Shown: positions 9,738 through 19,972, counted from the stretch's first letter. The stretch is DNA of 64,000 bases from a candidate division TA06 bacterium SM23_40 (GCA_001303705.1 LJUI01000010.1:193-64192); one strand, 5' to 3'. Notes: generated from the letters alone by a model not told the origin. Made by a program: numbers and translations.

Positions 9738-12700
9738 ATGCTGAGAAAAACCTCATCGTCTGCCACTGAGAAAGTGATCACCGCACCGATGACTGAGCAG
9801 CTCTCATCGCTCCGCGAAGTCCTCGACGAGAGCTACCATATGCTGGAGATGAGTGGCCGCCGTGGCGGTTTACGTGCCGCTATTGCGAGCGCGACGGCGA
9901 GAGATGTCGAGATTCGCCGTATCCTGGCCACAGTACTCGAACGCCTTGTCGGCTATCTGCAGGCATCGGCGGCGTGCATTCATCTCCTCGATCCTCACGA
10001 AGACGTGCTGACCCTCAAAGCCCAATCCGGCCTCAGTGGTATCGCCCGGAGACAACTCTCCTCACTTGACATTCATGATCCCCCAATGGACAGAGTCATC
10101 GCCCGGAGGACCTCCTATTTCGCCACTGAGCGATGGCCTGCCGGCGAGCCCCCGCCTCAACTGATAGCGCACCTGCCCCGCGGCCTCACCGCCATGTTGC
10201 CCCTCGCTTCGCGAAATCGAGTCATCGGGACGCTCATGATCATCTATCGGGCACCCAGATTCTTCCCTCCATCGAGGACCCGTTTTCTCATCGCCCTCGG
10301 ATGCGAACTGGGGAGAGCAATCGAAGACGCCATGTTGATCGACAAGCTCAGAGACTCCGAGGCCAGACACCGCCTCCTCCTGGAGAGCGCGGGCGATCTC
10401 ATCTATGGCATGGACCTCAATGGGCATACATTCTACGTCAGTCCCAGCTCCAAAGCCATTACCGGATATGAACCCGACGAATTTCTGAGCGGGAGCGTCA
10501 CTCCTCTCCGGATGTGCGTCAAGGAAGACCGTGATGCGCTCAAGGCTATGTTCCGGAGCGCGACACGGGAGGGGACAAGGGGTACCATGGAGTTCCGCGC
10601 GCGCCGGAAGGATGGCCAGGAGGTCTGGCTCTCCGCTACATGGGCCCCGCTCCGCGACAGCGCAGGAGTACACCGTGGAATTCAGGGCACCGTGCGAGAC
10701 GTATCGGCCAACAAACGGGCTGAGGAAGAGCTGCGCCGGCGAAATATCGAACTCGCCGCCATCAACGCAGTCGCCTCGACACTGACCGAGTCGATCGACC
10801 CGGATCAAATGCTCAATCGCACTATCGACGTCGTACTCGAAGTGATCGCCGCCAAGGCCGGAAGGATCGCAGTCCTCCTCGAAGATACTCGCACATTACG
10901 AACTGCTGTTTCGCGCAACATCCCGCAGCGCGTTCTCGACCAGATCGCAGAATTCGAACTCGGCGACGAATGGAGCGGCATGGTTGCTGCGACCGGAGAG
11001 TCCCTCGCGATCGAGGACTTCCCTTCATCAGCCTACGTGCGCCATGCTCATCCCGCAATTGTCGAATGGGGATTGAGAGCGCTCCTGAGCGTCCCCATCC
11101 GCTCCAAAGGACGGGTACTGGGAGTCATGGAAGTCGTCCACGATGTCCCCCACCGGTTCACAGGCAGGGATCTCGACCTCCTCTCAGCAATCGCGAATCA
11201 GCTCGGGCTCGCCCTCGACAACGCCCGGCTGTACGAGCATATGCGCCGCGAGGCCAGAGAACTGGGAATCCTCCACCGCTCCACATCCGATCTGCTCCCC
11301 CTTGCGCCGCTGGAGAGTAAACTCCGACACATAATGAGGACTCTTGAGGAGATATTCGGATATGACGGGGGGTGGCTCGGCCTCGTTGACGAAGAGGGAA
11401 CCAAACTCGTGGGGGCAGCGGGATTCGGAAGAGAGGTGCCAGACGACACGATAGGACTCGAGCTCCCCCTCGATCCGACATTCAGGAACGCCGCCGTTCT
11501 CGCTGTTCTTGAGCGGAAACCCAATGTGATACCAGATCCCCCCCACGATCCCCGGTGCGCAGATCAGCGGGGGAGTGTACCGCTGCGGGGAGCGCGATGT
11601 CTCGCCAACGCACCGATACTCTCGGGCGACCGTATCTTCGGTGTCCTCACCGTTGGGCGCTATGCGCTGGGGGCACCGATAACCGACCGTGACATCGAAC
11701 TCCTGGAAACGTTCGCCAGCCATGTAGCTATCACCATCGAAGGGGCGCGCCTGCTCGAAGATGCGAGGAGGCGGGCCGACCAGGCAGCATCACTCTGCCG
11801 AATCGCGTCTTCACTGACGCAGACTCTGGATGTACAGGATGTGCTAGATCAGATCGTCGCCGATGCAGCCAATCTCTTCTCCGTTGAGATCGCCAGCCTG
11901 TTCCTGTTCGACGAAGCCGCCGGAGATCTTATCGGCAGGGCAGTAGTCGGCCTGGAGGCCTCGGCGCTTGATAACTTCCGCATTCCAATCTCGCTCAGCA
12001 TGACAGCCCGGGAGGCAGCCAGAACTCTCGGGCCGGTCCTCGTCCATGAACCCTCTGAAGATGGGAGAATCCCGGAGCGTCTTCTTGGGCGATTCGCCAT
12101 CACCTCTTCTCTCACTGTGCCCATAGTGTTGAGGGACAAGCTCCTCGGCGTTCTCTTTCTCGATCATGTTTCGAACATCCGACGCTTCAGTCAGAGCGAC
12201 ATCGATCTGGCCTCCAGATTCGCGCATCAAGCAGCCGCCGCGATCGGCAATGCCCGGCTGTTCGATCAAGCCCTGCGCCGCGCGCACCAGCTCGCCGAAC
12301 AGATCGAGGCCCATGCACAAGAACTCGAAGACACCAGGAGCCAGCTCACTACATCGCAATACCTCGCCTGGCTAGGACAGCTTGCTGCCGGCCTCGGACA
12401 CGAGATCCGCTCACCCCTCAGCGTCATAAAAAACGCTGCCTACTACCTGAAGACGCAGCTCGTCGATGCGGATACAACCATACGACGGCATCTCGAGATG
12501 ATCCAGCAGGAGGTGGCGGCATCCGAGCGGATCATCGGACACCTGCTTGACTTCTCTCGCGGCAGGAAGCTGACACATCTGCCCGTGAATCTCCGGGATT
12601 TGATCGAGTCGACGATCGAGCAGATCGAAATCCCCTCGCACGTCACACTCACAACGCACATCGACGAAGATCTCCCCTCAATCATCGGTGATAGCGAACT

Positions 12701-13067
12701 CCTCGCGCGTGTCATCGCCAACCTGACTGCCAATGCGCTCCAGGCGATGCCCGCTTCCGGGGTGCTCACTATCGCGGCTCTGCGCGGCGGCGACGCGGAC
12801 CGCGCCGAGATCAGAGTCTCCGATACCGGAGAGGGGATCCCCACCGAAAATCTGGACAAGGTCTTCGAGCCGCTCTTCACCACGAAGTCCAGAGGGATGG
12901 GGCTTGGCCTCCCCCTTTGTAAGATGCTAGTACAGGCTCATGGCGGAGCGATCACAGTGAAGAGCGAAGTGAGCAGGGGGACTACCTTTACGGTGAGCTT
13001 GCCTGTGCGGACTCCTTCATCCCCTCTGTACGAACCGGGGGAGCCCACAGAGAGAGCTGACTCATAG
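9738..13067 (+). CDS. cytoplasmic multi-GAF/PAS sensor histidine kinase
   Basis: No TM segments. Several GAF-like repeats (..RVIGTLMIIY.., ..GRVLGVMEVVHD.., ..RIFGVLTVGR.., ..KLLGVLFLDH..) and one PAS region. H-box GLGHEIRSPLS and HATPase_c motifs (SDTGEGIP..GMGLGLPLC). Start is ambiguous (9600, 9738 or 9789); 9738 has GAGGG 8 nt upstream. Confidence 0.9.
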   Translation: MLRKTSSSATEKVITAPMTEQLSSLREVLDESYHMLEMSGRRGGLRAAIASATARDVEIRRILATVLERLVGYLQASAACIHLLDPHEDVLTLKAQSGLSGIARRQLSSLDIHDPPMDRVIARRTSYFATERWPAGEPPPQLIAHLPRGLTAMLPLASRNRVIGTLMIIYRAPRFFPPSRTRFLIALGCELGRAIEDAMLIDKLRDSEARHRLLLESAGDLIYGMDLNGHTFYVSPSSKAITGYEPDEFLSGSVTPLRMCVKEDRDALKAMFRSATREGTRGTMEFRARRKDGQEVWLSATWAPLRDSAGVHRGIQGTVRDVSANKRAEEELRRRNIELAAINAVASTLTESIDPDQMLNRTIDVVLEVIAAKAGRIAVLLEDTRTLRTAVSRNIPQRVLDQIAEFELGDEWSGMVAATGESLAIEDFPSSAYVRHAHPAIVEWGLRALLSVPIRSKGRVLGVMEVVHDVPHRFTGRDLDLLSAIANQLGLALDNARLYEHMRREARELGILHRSTSDLLPLAPLESKLRHIMRTLEEIFGYDGGWLGLVDEEGTKLVGAAGFGREVPDDTIGLELPLDPTFRNAAVLAVLERKPNVIPDPPHDPRCADQRGSVPLRGARCLANAPILSGDRIFGVLTVGRYALGAPITDRDIELLETFASHVAITIEGARLLEDARRRADQAASLCRIASSLTQTLDVQDVLDQIVADAANLFSVEIASLFLFDEAAGDLIGRAVVGLEASALDNFRIPISLSMTAREAARTLGPVLVHEPSEDGRIPERLLGRFAITSSLTVPIVLRDKLLGVLFLDHVSNIRRFSQSDIDLASRFAHQAAAAIGNARLFDQALRRAHQLAEQIEAHAQELEDTRSQLTTSQYLAWLGQLAAGLGHEIRSPLSVIKNAAYYLKTQLVDADTTIRRHLEMIQQEVAASERIIGHLLDFSRGRKLTHLPVNLRDLIESTIEQIEIPSHVTLTTHIDEDLPSIIGDSELLARVIANLTANALQAMPASGVLTIAALRGGDADRAEIRVSDTGEGIPTENLDKVFEPLFTTKSRGMGLGLPLCKMLVQAHGGAITVKSEVSRGTTFTVSLPVRTPSSPLYEPGEPTERADS

Positions 13068-14178
13068 CTGTCCGCGGCCGCCTGCCGTCGAACAGGAGAT
13101 AGGGGAGAGTCCTCTTCACGATCGCCCCTGTTCCGCGAAGCTGTTCCTCCCTTCGCAGACGCTCTCTCTGACGAAGCCTGACAATCCTGGTCGCAGAAAC
13201 GGGGCCGATCCCCGGCACCCTCAGCAGTTCTTCGCGGGATGCACGGTTCACTTCCACGGGAAATCGCTCCGGGTGGTTCTCCGCCCAGACGGACTTCGGA
13301 TCCTTGGTCAGTGCCAGGTTACCATCGGGGGAGAAAATTATCTCGTCGGCACTGAACCCGTACCGCCGGAGGAGGTAGTCAGTTTGGTATAGACGGTGCT
13401 CACGCATGGGAGGAGTGGGAGGGAGGTTCTCGAGCGGGGTATCCGACACCGGCTGGAATGCCGAGTAGTACACGCGCGCAAGGTCGAATTCACCATAGAG
13501 GCCTGCCGCGCGTTGAACGAGATCACGATCAGACTCTCCTGCCGCTCCTACGACGAATTGGGTCGTCTGGCCGGCAGGGCTGAGCCTCTTCGCCTCATGT
13601 AGTTCTCTGATCCACCTCATTCGTTCCACGATTCCCGTGGACAGCTCCTTGCCCGGACAGAGGTCAGCCAAGTGCTCTTCCCCCGGCGCCTCCATATTGA
13701 CCGAGACGCGAGACGCGAGTTCCATCGCCCGGGCCACGTGATCGAACGAGGCGCCGGGGATGATCTTCAGGTGGAGATATCCCCTGAATCCCATCTTCAA
13801 GCGTAGGATCTCTGCTGTCCGTATAAGCCTCTCCATGGTACCTGCCACAGATCCGCTCACAGCAGAACTGAGGAAAAGGCCCTGGACCATTCCTCTATCC
13901 CGCAGATTGATGAACAGGCGCGCAAGCTCCTCGGGTGTGAACGTCACCCGGCGGAAATCCCGTGAGCGACGATTCGCGCAGTATCGGCAGCTCTCTTCGC
14001 AGGCGTTGCTCAGGAGTGTCTTGAGGAGGAATACCTTTTTCCCGCTCTGAGGCAGGACCGACGGATAGATCCACCGTCCCACCGGATCGGCGATCCTGCT
14101 CTGCGAGGGGCCACATGCCGCGCAGATGTCATGCTGCGCCGCACGCCCCAGTATGTCGATCTTCTTCAGCGCGTCCAT
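12988..14178 (-). CDS. radical SAM protein of the putative DNA modification/repair type, with C-terminal helix-hairpin-helix
   Basis: CxxxCxxC-like cluster (NACEESCRYCANR) and HhH (EELLRVPGIGPVSATRIV). Resembles the TIGR03916-type family from memory. The 3' end overlaps the convergent kinase gene by 80 nt. Confidence 0.8.
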   Translation of the reverse strand: MDALKKIDILGRAAQHDICAACGPSQSRIADPVGRWIYPSVLPQSGKKVFLLKTLLSNACEESCRYCANRRSRDFRRVTFTPEELARLFINLRDRGMVQGLFLSSAVSGSVAGTMERLIRTAEILRLKMGFRGYLHLKIIPGASFDHVARAMELASRVSVNMEAPGEEHLADLCPGKELSTGIVERMRWIRELHEAKRLSPAGQTTQFVVGAAGESDRDLVQRAAGLYGEFDLARVYYSAFQPVSDTPLENLPPTPPMREHRLYQTDYLLRRYGFSADEIIFSPDGNLALTKDPKSVWAENHPERFPVEVNRASREELLRVPGIGPVSATRIVRLRQRERLRREEQLRGTGAIVKRTLPYLLFDGRRPRTAMSQLSLWAPPVRTEGMKESAQASSP

Positions 14179-14208
14179 CGTCTCTCGTTCTCCACCAGCC
14201 CCATTCGC

Positions 14209-15315
14209 CTAGTGCTCCACCTTCGATTTCGTGTGGCGCACCCGTTCAAAGGCAAGCTCAATGATCCGGTCGAGAAGAGCGGGGAATGTCATACCCATGG
14301 CACGTGCGGCCATGGGATAGAGGCTGATTTCGGTCATCCCAGGTATCGTATTCGTCTCCAACACGTACACTTTCCCGCCTGCGACGATCGTATCTGCTCG
14401 TGACATCCCCTCGCAACCGAGCAACTGATGCACGGTGACCGCCGTCTTCTGCACTTCGGCAATGAGGCGCTCGCTGATCCGTGCGGGCGTGATCTCCTCG
14501 GTAGCACCGGGCGTATACTTCGCCTCATAGTCGAAGTACTGACTCGTCTTGGGGACGATCTGAGTAGGGGGGAGGGCAATGGGATCCTTCCCCGCCTCGT
14601 TCCCGAGCACGGCACAGGTCACCTCATCGCCCTGGAGGTACTCTTCTACAAGGACCTGAGTGTCGTACTCGAATGCCCGCTCCATTCCTGCTTTCAGTTC
14701 GCGTCGCGAGGCGGGCATCGAGGTCCCCACACTCGATCCCAGCCCGGGGGGCTTCACGACACAGGGGAATCCCAGCGTGCTCTCGATCTCCTCGGCCACC
14801 CTGCGGGGCCGCTCCTGCCACGTCCATTCATCATATACCAGCCAGCGAGGCACTGCCAGACCGTGATAGGCGAAGATCTCGCGGGACTTGATCTTATTCA
14901 TGGCCAGCGCACTCGCCAGAACGCCCGAACCAGTATACGGGATGCCAGCAATCTCGAGCAATCCCTGAACGGTTCCGTCCTCGCCGAACGGACCGTGGAG
15001 CGCAATGAAGACGATGTCCACCTTCTCCTCGAGCGCCCGCTCGAGCGCCAGCCCGGTGGGAACAGGTTGCGGGCTCCTCTTCTGAAGCTCCATGAGCTGG
15101 AGGCCGGGAGTACCCTGGACCTTCTTCGGCCCGGTCGAGCCGGTGAGGTACCCCCTAGGCACGAGCCACGTGCCCGACTTCGTGATCGTCACCGGCTTCA
15201 CATTGTACTTGCGCTTATCGAGCGAGTTCACCACGACACGCCCCGTAGCCAGTGACACTTCGTGCTCGGCCGTCCTGCCGCCCATGAGAACAGCTATGTT
15301 CGTCTTCCTGCCCAT
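14209..15315 (-). CDS. ddl: D-alanine--D-alanine ligase
   Basis: 368 aa. N-terminus IAVLMGGRTAEHEVSLATG, ATP-grasp region, and ..VYVLETNTIPGMT. Confidence 0.93.
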   Translation of the reverse strand: MGRKTNIAVLMGGRTAEHEVSLATGRVVVNSLDKRKYNVKPVTITKSGTWLVPRGYLTGSTGPKKVQGTPGLQLMELQKRSPQPVPTGLALERALEEKVDIVFIALHGPFGEDGTVQGLLEIAGIPYTGSGVLASALAMNKIKSREIFAYHGLAVPRWLVYDEWTWQERPRRVAEEIESTLGFPCVVKPPGLGSSVGTSMPASRRELKAGMERAFEYDTQVLVEEYLQGDEVTCAVLGNEAGKDPIALPPTQIVPKTSQYFDYEAKYTPGATEEITPARISERLIAEVQKTAVTVHQLLGCEGMSRADTIVAGGKVYVLETNTIPGMTEISLYPMAARAMGMTFPALLDRIIELAFERVRHTKSKVEH

Positions 15316-15365
15316 GGCTCAATCCCTATACTCAGTCGCCGTCCTGTCGACCTGCCCCGTCCTGT

Positions 15366-16889
15366 TCACTTGCCGATGCAGAACTCGCTGAATATCCGGT
15401 CCAGAATATCATCCGATATATCCTCTCCGATCACCTCGCCGAGACGATGAAGACCCTCGACAAGATCGGCGACAATGAGGTCATCGGGGTATCCGTCGTC
15501 GAGTGCGCCACGTGCCCTTTCGAGCGCTTGCACGGCCCCGCGTACCGCCTCGATGTGTCTCATGTTACACATGAGAACTTCCTCATCCACGCAGCTCCGC
15601 CAGCCGTCCGCGAGTAGTCCACCCGCAACAGACTTCAGTTCCCCGAGGCCTGCTCCTGTAAGGCTCGACACCTCAAGGATCGCTCTCCCCCCACATGACG
15701 GATGCCCCCTCATGTCTGTCCTGCTGATCGCCTGAGGCAGATCGCACTTGTTAAGGACAACAACGACCTGTTTCCCCCGGCATGCCACTATCACATCCTC
15801 ATCTTCTGAAGTAAGGGCCGAGGAGGCATCGACCATCACCAGCAAGGCTGATGCCTCGTCGATTACCGCCCTCGCTCTTCGTATCCCTTCTCTCTCTATG
15901 CCATCCGTCCCGCTCCTAATACCTGCTCCATCGATGAGCCGCACCGGTATTCCTTCTATTTCGGTCCATCCCTCCAACACATCGCGCGTGGTACCGGGAT
16001 CGGGAGAGACGATCGCACGATCAGCACCCAACAGTGCATTGAAGAGGGTCGACTTCCCCACGTTCGGTTTACCTACGATTGCCACCGACACTCCCTCCCG
16101 GAGCGCGGTTCCGATCCTGCTTCCCTCGAGGAGCCGACGGAGCCGGCTGGAGGTCTGCTCGATCTCGCCCCGCACCACCTCTCTCGACACCTGTGGGATT
16201 TCCTCCTCGGGGAAGTCGAGCGTCGCTTCCATCCGGGCTACGAGATCCAGGAATCTTCCCCGAATTTCCTGTACCTGGCGAGAGAGGCCTCCACTGAGCT
16301 GACGCATCGCGACAGTCAAGGCCCGACTCGTTCGCGCCCGCACAACATCTACAACCGCCTCGGCCTGAGCAAGATCGATGCGGCCATTGAGGAACGCCCG
16401 GCGCGTAAACTCCCCGGGTCCCGCCAGGCGCGCTCCCTGCTGTACGAGCGCCTCGAGCACTGTGCGGGCCGCCATCCGTCCTCCGTGGCAACTGATCTCG
16501 ACGACGTCCTCACAGGTATAGGTATGGGGCGCATGCATCACCGACGCGAGAACCTCATCGAGGGCAGCGTTTCCGTCCCCTCCTACGATGAGACCGTGGT
16601 GGACAGTATGCGTCCCGACCACGGCCAGCTGCCTCCGCCCCCTGAATAACCTATCGGTGATCGGAATCGCCTCTCGGCCACTCAGCCTCACCACGGCGAT
16701 CCCCCCTTCACCAGGAGGAGTTGAGATGGCGACTATGGTGTCATCGAACGCCGAACCCGCCTCCCTCGTGCCCGGTGTCGGACGCTCTTTTATCCGACGC
16801 CTCGCTCCACGTTCTGCGGTGCGGGCCTGACTCGCCCTCGTCCGTCTCATCCTTCTCAGCACCTTCTGCTTGCGGTGCCACCACGACAC
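15366..16889 (-). CDS. mnmE: tRNA modification GTPase MnmE (TrmE)
   Basis: DTIVAISTPPGEGGIAVVRLSG, G-domain GKPNVGKSTLFNAL and C-terminal CIGK. The only in-frame starts are ATG 16889 and ATG 16850, giving a basic 35-48-aa N-terminal extension that overlaps jag. Confidence 0.9.
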   Translation of the reverse strand: MSWWHRKQKVLRRMRRTRASQARTAERGARRRIKERPTPGTREAGSAFDDTIVAISTPPGEGGIAVVRLSGREAIPITDRLFRGRRQLAVVGTHTVHHGLIVGGDGNAALDEVLASVMHAPHTYTCEDVVEISCHGGRMAARTVLEALVQQGARLAGPGEFTRRAFLNGRIDLAQAEAVVDVVRARTSRALTVAMRQLSGGLSRQVQEIRGRFLDLVARMEATLDFPEEEIPQVSREVVRGEIEQTSSRLRRLLEGSRIGTALREGVSVAIVGKPNVGKSTLFNALLGADRAIVSPDPGTTRDVLEGWTEIEGIPVRLIDGAGIRSGTDGIEREGIRRARAVIDEASALLVMVDASSALTSEDEDVIVACRGKQVVVVLNKCDLPQAISRTDMRGHPSCGGRAILEVSSLTGAGLGELKSVAGGLLADGWRSCVDEEVLMCNMRHIEAVRGAVQALERARGALDDGYPDDLIVADLVEGLHRLGEVIGEDISDDILDRIFSEFCIGK

Positions 16890-17478
16890 TGCGGAACGCT
16901 CCCTCTCCCACCGTATAGGTCTTCACGTCCGGGTCAGGATTGAGAGTGATGTGAACGATTCTCCTCTCGGCAGGTTGGAGTGGCTCCATCATCGCCTCCT
17001 TGCCCGACGCCTTGACCCGCTCCGCGAGCGCGAGCGCTTTCTTCCGAAGAAACGAGGCACGTCGCGCTCGGTATCCGCCGACATCGACTACCACTCGAGA
17101 CTTCACATCCTGGCGGTAGGCCATGCGACTGACGATGTGCTGGAGCGCCTGAAGGGTGGCACCACTCTTTCCGATCAGAAGACCGTCCATCCCCGATGTC
17201 TCGATATCGATGTGTGCCGCCTCATCGCGTAGCTCCACCTCTACTGAGCCTTGTATACCCATCAATTCGAGGAGCCGCTCAACCATTCCTCCCAACACGC
17301 CAGTGCGAGGCGCGACAGTAGCCCGAATGCGGGCGCTCCGTCCGCCCAGGCCGAAAACCCCCCGCGATCCCTCCTCGAGCACCTCTATCTCCGCATCCTC
17401 TTCCTCCACATCCAGCCGCGCCAGAGCTTTCTGCTTCGCCTCCTCGACGGTTCTCCCTTCCTCTTCGACTGACTTCAT
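16741..17478 (-). CDS. jag: Jag/KhpB RNA-binding protein (Jag_N-KH-R3H)
   Basis: MKSVEEEGRTVEEAKQKALARL N-domain and R3H region (PAERRIVHITL). Conserved yidC-jag-mnmE order. Confidence 0.88.
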   Translation of the reverse strand: MKSVEEEGRTVEEAKQKALARLDVEEEDAEIEVLEEGSRGVFGLGGRSARIRATVAPRTGVLGGMVERLLELMGIQGSVEVELRDEAAHIDIETSGMDGLLIGKSGATLQALQHIVSRMAYRQDVKSRVVVDVGGYRARRASFLRKKALALAERVKASGKEAMMEPLQPAERRIVHITLNPDPDVKTYTVGEGAFRSVVVAPQAEGAEKDETDEGESGPHRRTWSEASDKRASDTGHEGGGFGVR

Positions 17479-17557
17479 CGTCGCTCCCTCCGATGGCTCC
17501 TCCCGTCTCTACATCTGCATTATCTCGGTCCCACTCGTCATCCGGTGACGCCCGTGC

Positions 17558-19315
17558 TCACGGCCGGTCCGTTTGCCGCCCAGCCCCCTCGCTCTGAACG
17601 TGCATGAGATACTGTTCACCAAGGGAGAGGACGCTGTTGACAAGCCAGTACAGTACAAGCCCTGCGGGGAACCGAATGAATAGAAAAGTGAAGATTATCG
17701 GCATCATATACCCCATCATCTTCGTTCTCGGATCACCGCCTTTCGCCGTAAACCGCTGTTGGAGCAACATGACCGCACCCATGATGAGTGGCAAGACCGG
17801 TATCGCCCCATCAGGGAGAAATGGGAAATCGCTAAGGAACGGGAGGTGGAGCCGATCCGGCTCCGAGAGATCACGAATCCAGAGGATGAATGGAGCCCGC
17901 CTCAGCTCGATCGTATTCCTCAACACCGTGAACAGCGCCCAGAAGATAGGAAGCTGCAGCAACATGGGAAGGCAGCCCTTCAGGCTCCCCACGGGACTGA
18001 CTCCGTGCTCACGATAGATCCTCATGGTCTCCTGGTTCAGCTTCTGGGGATTGTTCTTGTACCGCTGCTTCAGCTCATTGAGCTTGGGCTGCAACAGTGC
18101 CTGCTTCTCCTGCATCTCCTTCATCTGACGCATCCCCCGATGGGTCAGGGGAAAATAGATCGCCTTCATGATGCAGGAAAAGAGTATGATCACCACGCCA
18201 TAGTTGGAGACGTACTGATGAGTCCACGTGAGAAGTGTCAGCACGAACTTACTGATAGGTGCGATCGGCCCCCGCCCCAGATCGACCACTCGCTCCATTC
18301 CCAAGCCGTAGCTCCTCAATATCTCGTAGTCGATGGGACCGATATACACCCGGTGCGTCAGCAGTCCGCTCTCCCCGTATCTCCCCCCGAGGTCGAATCC
18401 GACATGTTCCGGCCCCGATGCCATCAGCCGCACTCTGTGCTGCCCGGAGGATTCGGGGACTAGGGTTGCCACGAAGTACTTGGTCCTGACTCCGGCCCAC
18501 CTGACGTCTCCGATCTCCTCCACATAGCTCGCCAGCTCCGAATCCTCCGCCTCCGATCGCCTGCCGATCTTCACCAGATCCCGCCGGTTCTTCCTCACCA
18601 GGACGTCTCCCATGAGGGCCAGTCCCGCAAAATGACTCAGATCCTCCGTCCGATTCCGCTCCGTAGCGCTAAGCCCTGGCTGCCAATGGAGCCAATAGTC
18701 CCGCGCTCCGATCTCTTCGCTCACCGCAATCTCGAGAGCGATATCGTACCGGTTCCGGAAGAAGCGGTAGCGTCTCACTACCTCGCCTCCCTGAGGGAGA
18801 GTGAGTGCGAACGCCACCTCGCCCTCGGGATGCTCCGCGGAGAGGGTCACCTCCGAAACATCAGTCGTGAACGGTGCCAGCGTAAGGTCGATCCCCTCCT
18901 CGCCTGCACCGATCCACAGGCCCAAGATGGCGTGCGCATCCTCGGGGATTAGCTCCACCATCTGACCATTCTGCGCATCGTAGTCCTTTAGACGGACGCT
19001 CGTCAGCGTCGCCCCGCGTGTGCTGAGGCGGGCCCAATACAGGTCTGTCTCGACGACTACCTCGCGCTCGACGGAATCTACCGCGGCCGCACCGAAGAGC
19101 GAATCAAGAGGTGTGAGGCCGTCCCATCGCGGCTCGGGCATGGCCGTATCGCGATCGACATCCGTCTCTTCGACCGCTTCCACCGCCCGTCTGCTCGGTT
19201 CCCGCGCCAGTTCGTCGACGCCCCGCCCCGCTCTCGATCGGATGTAGATGCTATATCCGAAGAGGATCACAGCGATGAGGCCGAGGGCCAGGATCGTCCT
19301 CTTCTCCGCGTCCAT
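17558..19315 (-). CDS. yidC: membrane protein insertase YidC
   Basis: Start at ATG 19315 (MDAEKRTILALGLIAVILFGY), with AAGGAA 8 nt upstream and just after the yidD stop. C-terminal 60-kDa IMP core (..GCLPMLLQLPIFWALF.., ..FPAGLVLYWLVNSVLS). Confidence 0.93.
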   Translation of the reverse strand: MDAEKRTILALGLIAVILFGYSIYIRSRAGRGVDELAREPSRRAVEAVEETDVDRDTAMPEPRWDGLTPLDSLFGAAAVDSVEREVVVETDLYWARLSTRGATLTSVRLKDYDAQNGQMVELIPEDAHAILGLWIGAGEEGIDLTLAPFTTDVSEVTLSAEHPEGEVAFALTLPQGGEVVRRYRFFRNRYDIALEIAVSEEIGARDYWLHWQPGLSATERNRTEDLSHFAGLALMGDVLVRKNRRDLVKIGRRSEAEDSELASYVEEIGDVRWAGVRTKYFVATLVPESSGQHRVRLMASGPEHVGFDLGGRYGESGLLTHRVYIGPIDYEILRSYGLGMERVVDLGRGPIAPISKFVLTLLTWTHQYVSNYGVVIILFSCIMKAIYFPLTHRGMRQMKEMQEKQALLQPKLNELKQRYKNNPQKLNQETMRIYREHGVSPVGSLKGCLPMLLQLPIFWALFTVLRNTIELRRAPFILWIRDLSEPDRLHLPFLSDFPFLPDGAIPVLPLIMGAVMLLQQRFTAKGGDPRTKMMGYMMPIIFTFLFIRFPAGLVLYWLVNSVLSLGEQYLMHVQSEGAGRQTDRP

Positions 19316-19326
19316 AGTACATTCCT

Positions 19327-19536
19327 TTAGATGACAGGGTCGTACCCGCCCCGTGAGAAGGGATGACACCGGAGGAGACGCCTCAGAGCCAGCCAGGCCC
19401 CTCGAGGGAGACCGTGCTTCTCCAGGGCCGTGATCGCGTACTCGGAGCAGGTAGGAGAGAAGCGACAACTCGGAGGCATAAAAGGCGAGAGGGCTCTACG
19501 ATACAGCTGAATCAGGGCGATAAGAACTCCTGTCAT
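19327..19536 (-). CDS. yidD: membrane protein insertion efficiency factor YidD
   Basis: 69 aa. [50 protein letters not shown]. Confidence 0.92.
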   Translation of the reverse strand: MTGVLIALIQLYRRALSPFMPPSCRFSPTCSEYAITALEKHGLPRGAWLALRRLLRCHPFSRGGYDPVI

Positions 19537-19891
19537 TCGTCATCCTTGATTTCTGTGCGCGGGAAAACAGAGTCCGTGTCTCCCGCTCGAGGAGATGCCA
19601 GTCAGATTCAAGTACCCGCTCGTTGCCGACCAGAACTATTTCCACATCGCCAGGCAATAATGACCTGTTTCGCCGGTACAACTCCCGTAGTCGACGCCTG
19701 ATACGGTTTCGTCGAACAGATCCCTTGGTCCCCCTGGCAACGACGAAGGCAGCGCGGCGACGCGGTGCACCGCTGATGACAACGATACTCAGGGTGTCCC
19801 CCCGCAGCGTACGCCCGCGCCGGAATAGTCGCCTCACCTGCGAGGACGCACCGATTCGTTCCGAAGAGACGAGCCGTTCGTTCTGGACCAT
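19496..19891 (-). CDS. rnpA: ribonuclease P protein component
   Basis: 131 aa and basic, with the RNR-like motif ([16 protein letters not shown]). Sits between rpmH and yidD and overlaps yidD by 41 nt. Confidence 0.88.
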   Translation of the reverse strand: MVQNERLVSSERIGASSQVRRLFRRGRTLRGDTLSIVVISGAPRRRAAFVVARGTKGSVRRNRIRRRLRELYRRNRSLLPGDVEIVLVGNERVLESDWHLLERETRTLFSRAQKSRMTNDRSSYRPDSAVS

Positions 19892-19972
19892 CAGGAGCCC
19901 TACCTTGCTCCCGTGCCGATAACACCTCCAGCCGTTCTATGCGGTGTTACATGCAGTGACGATCGTACTCGA

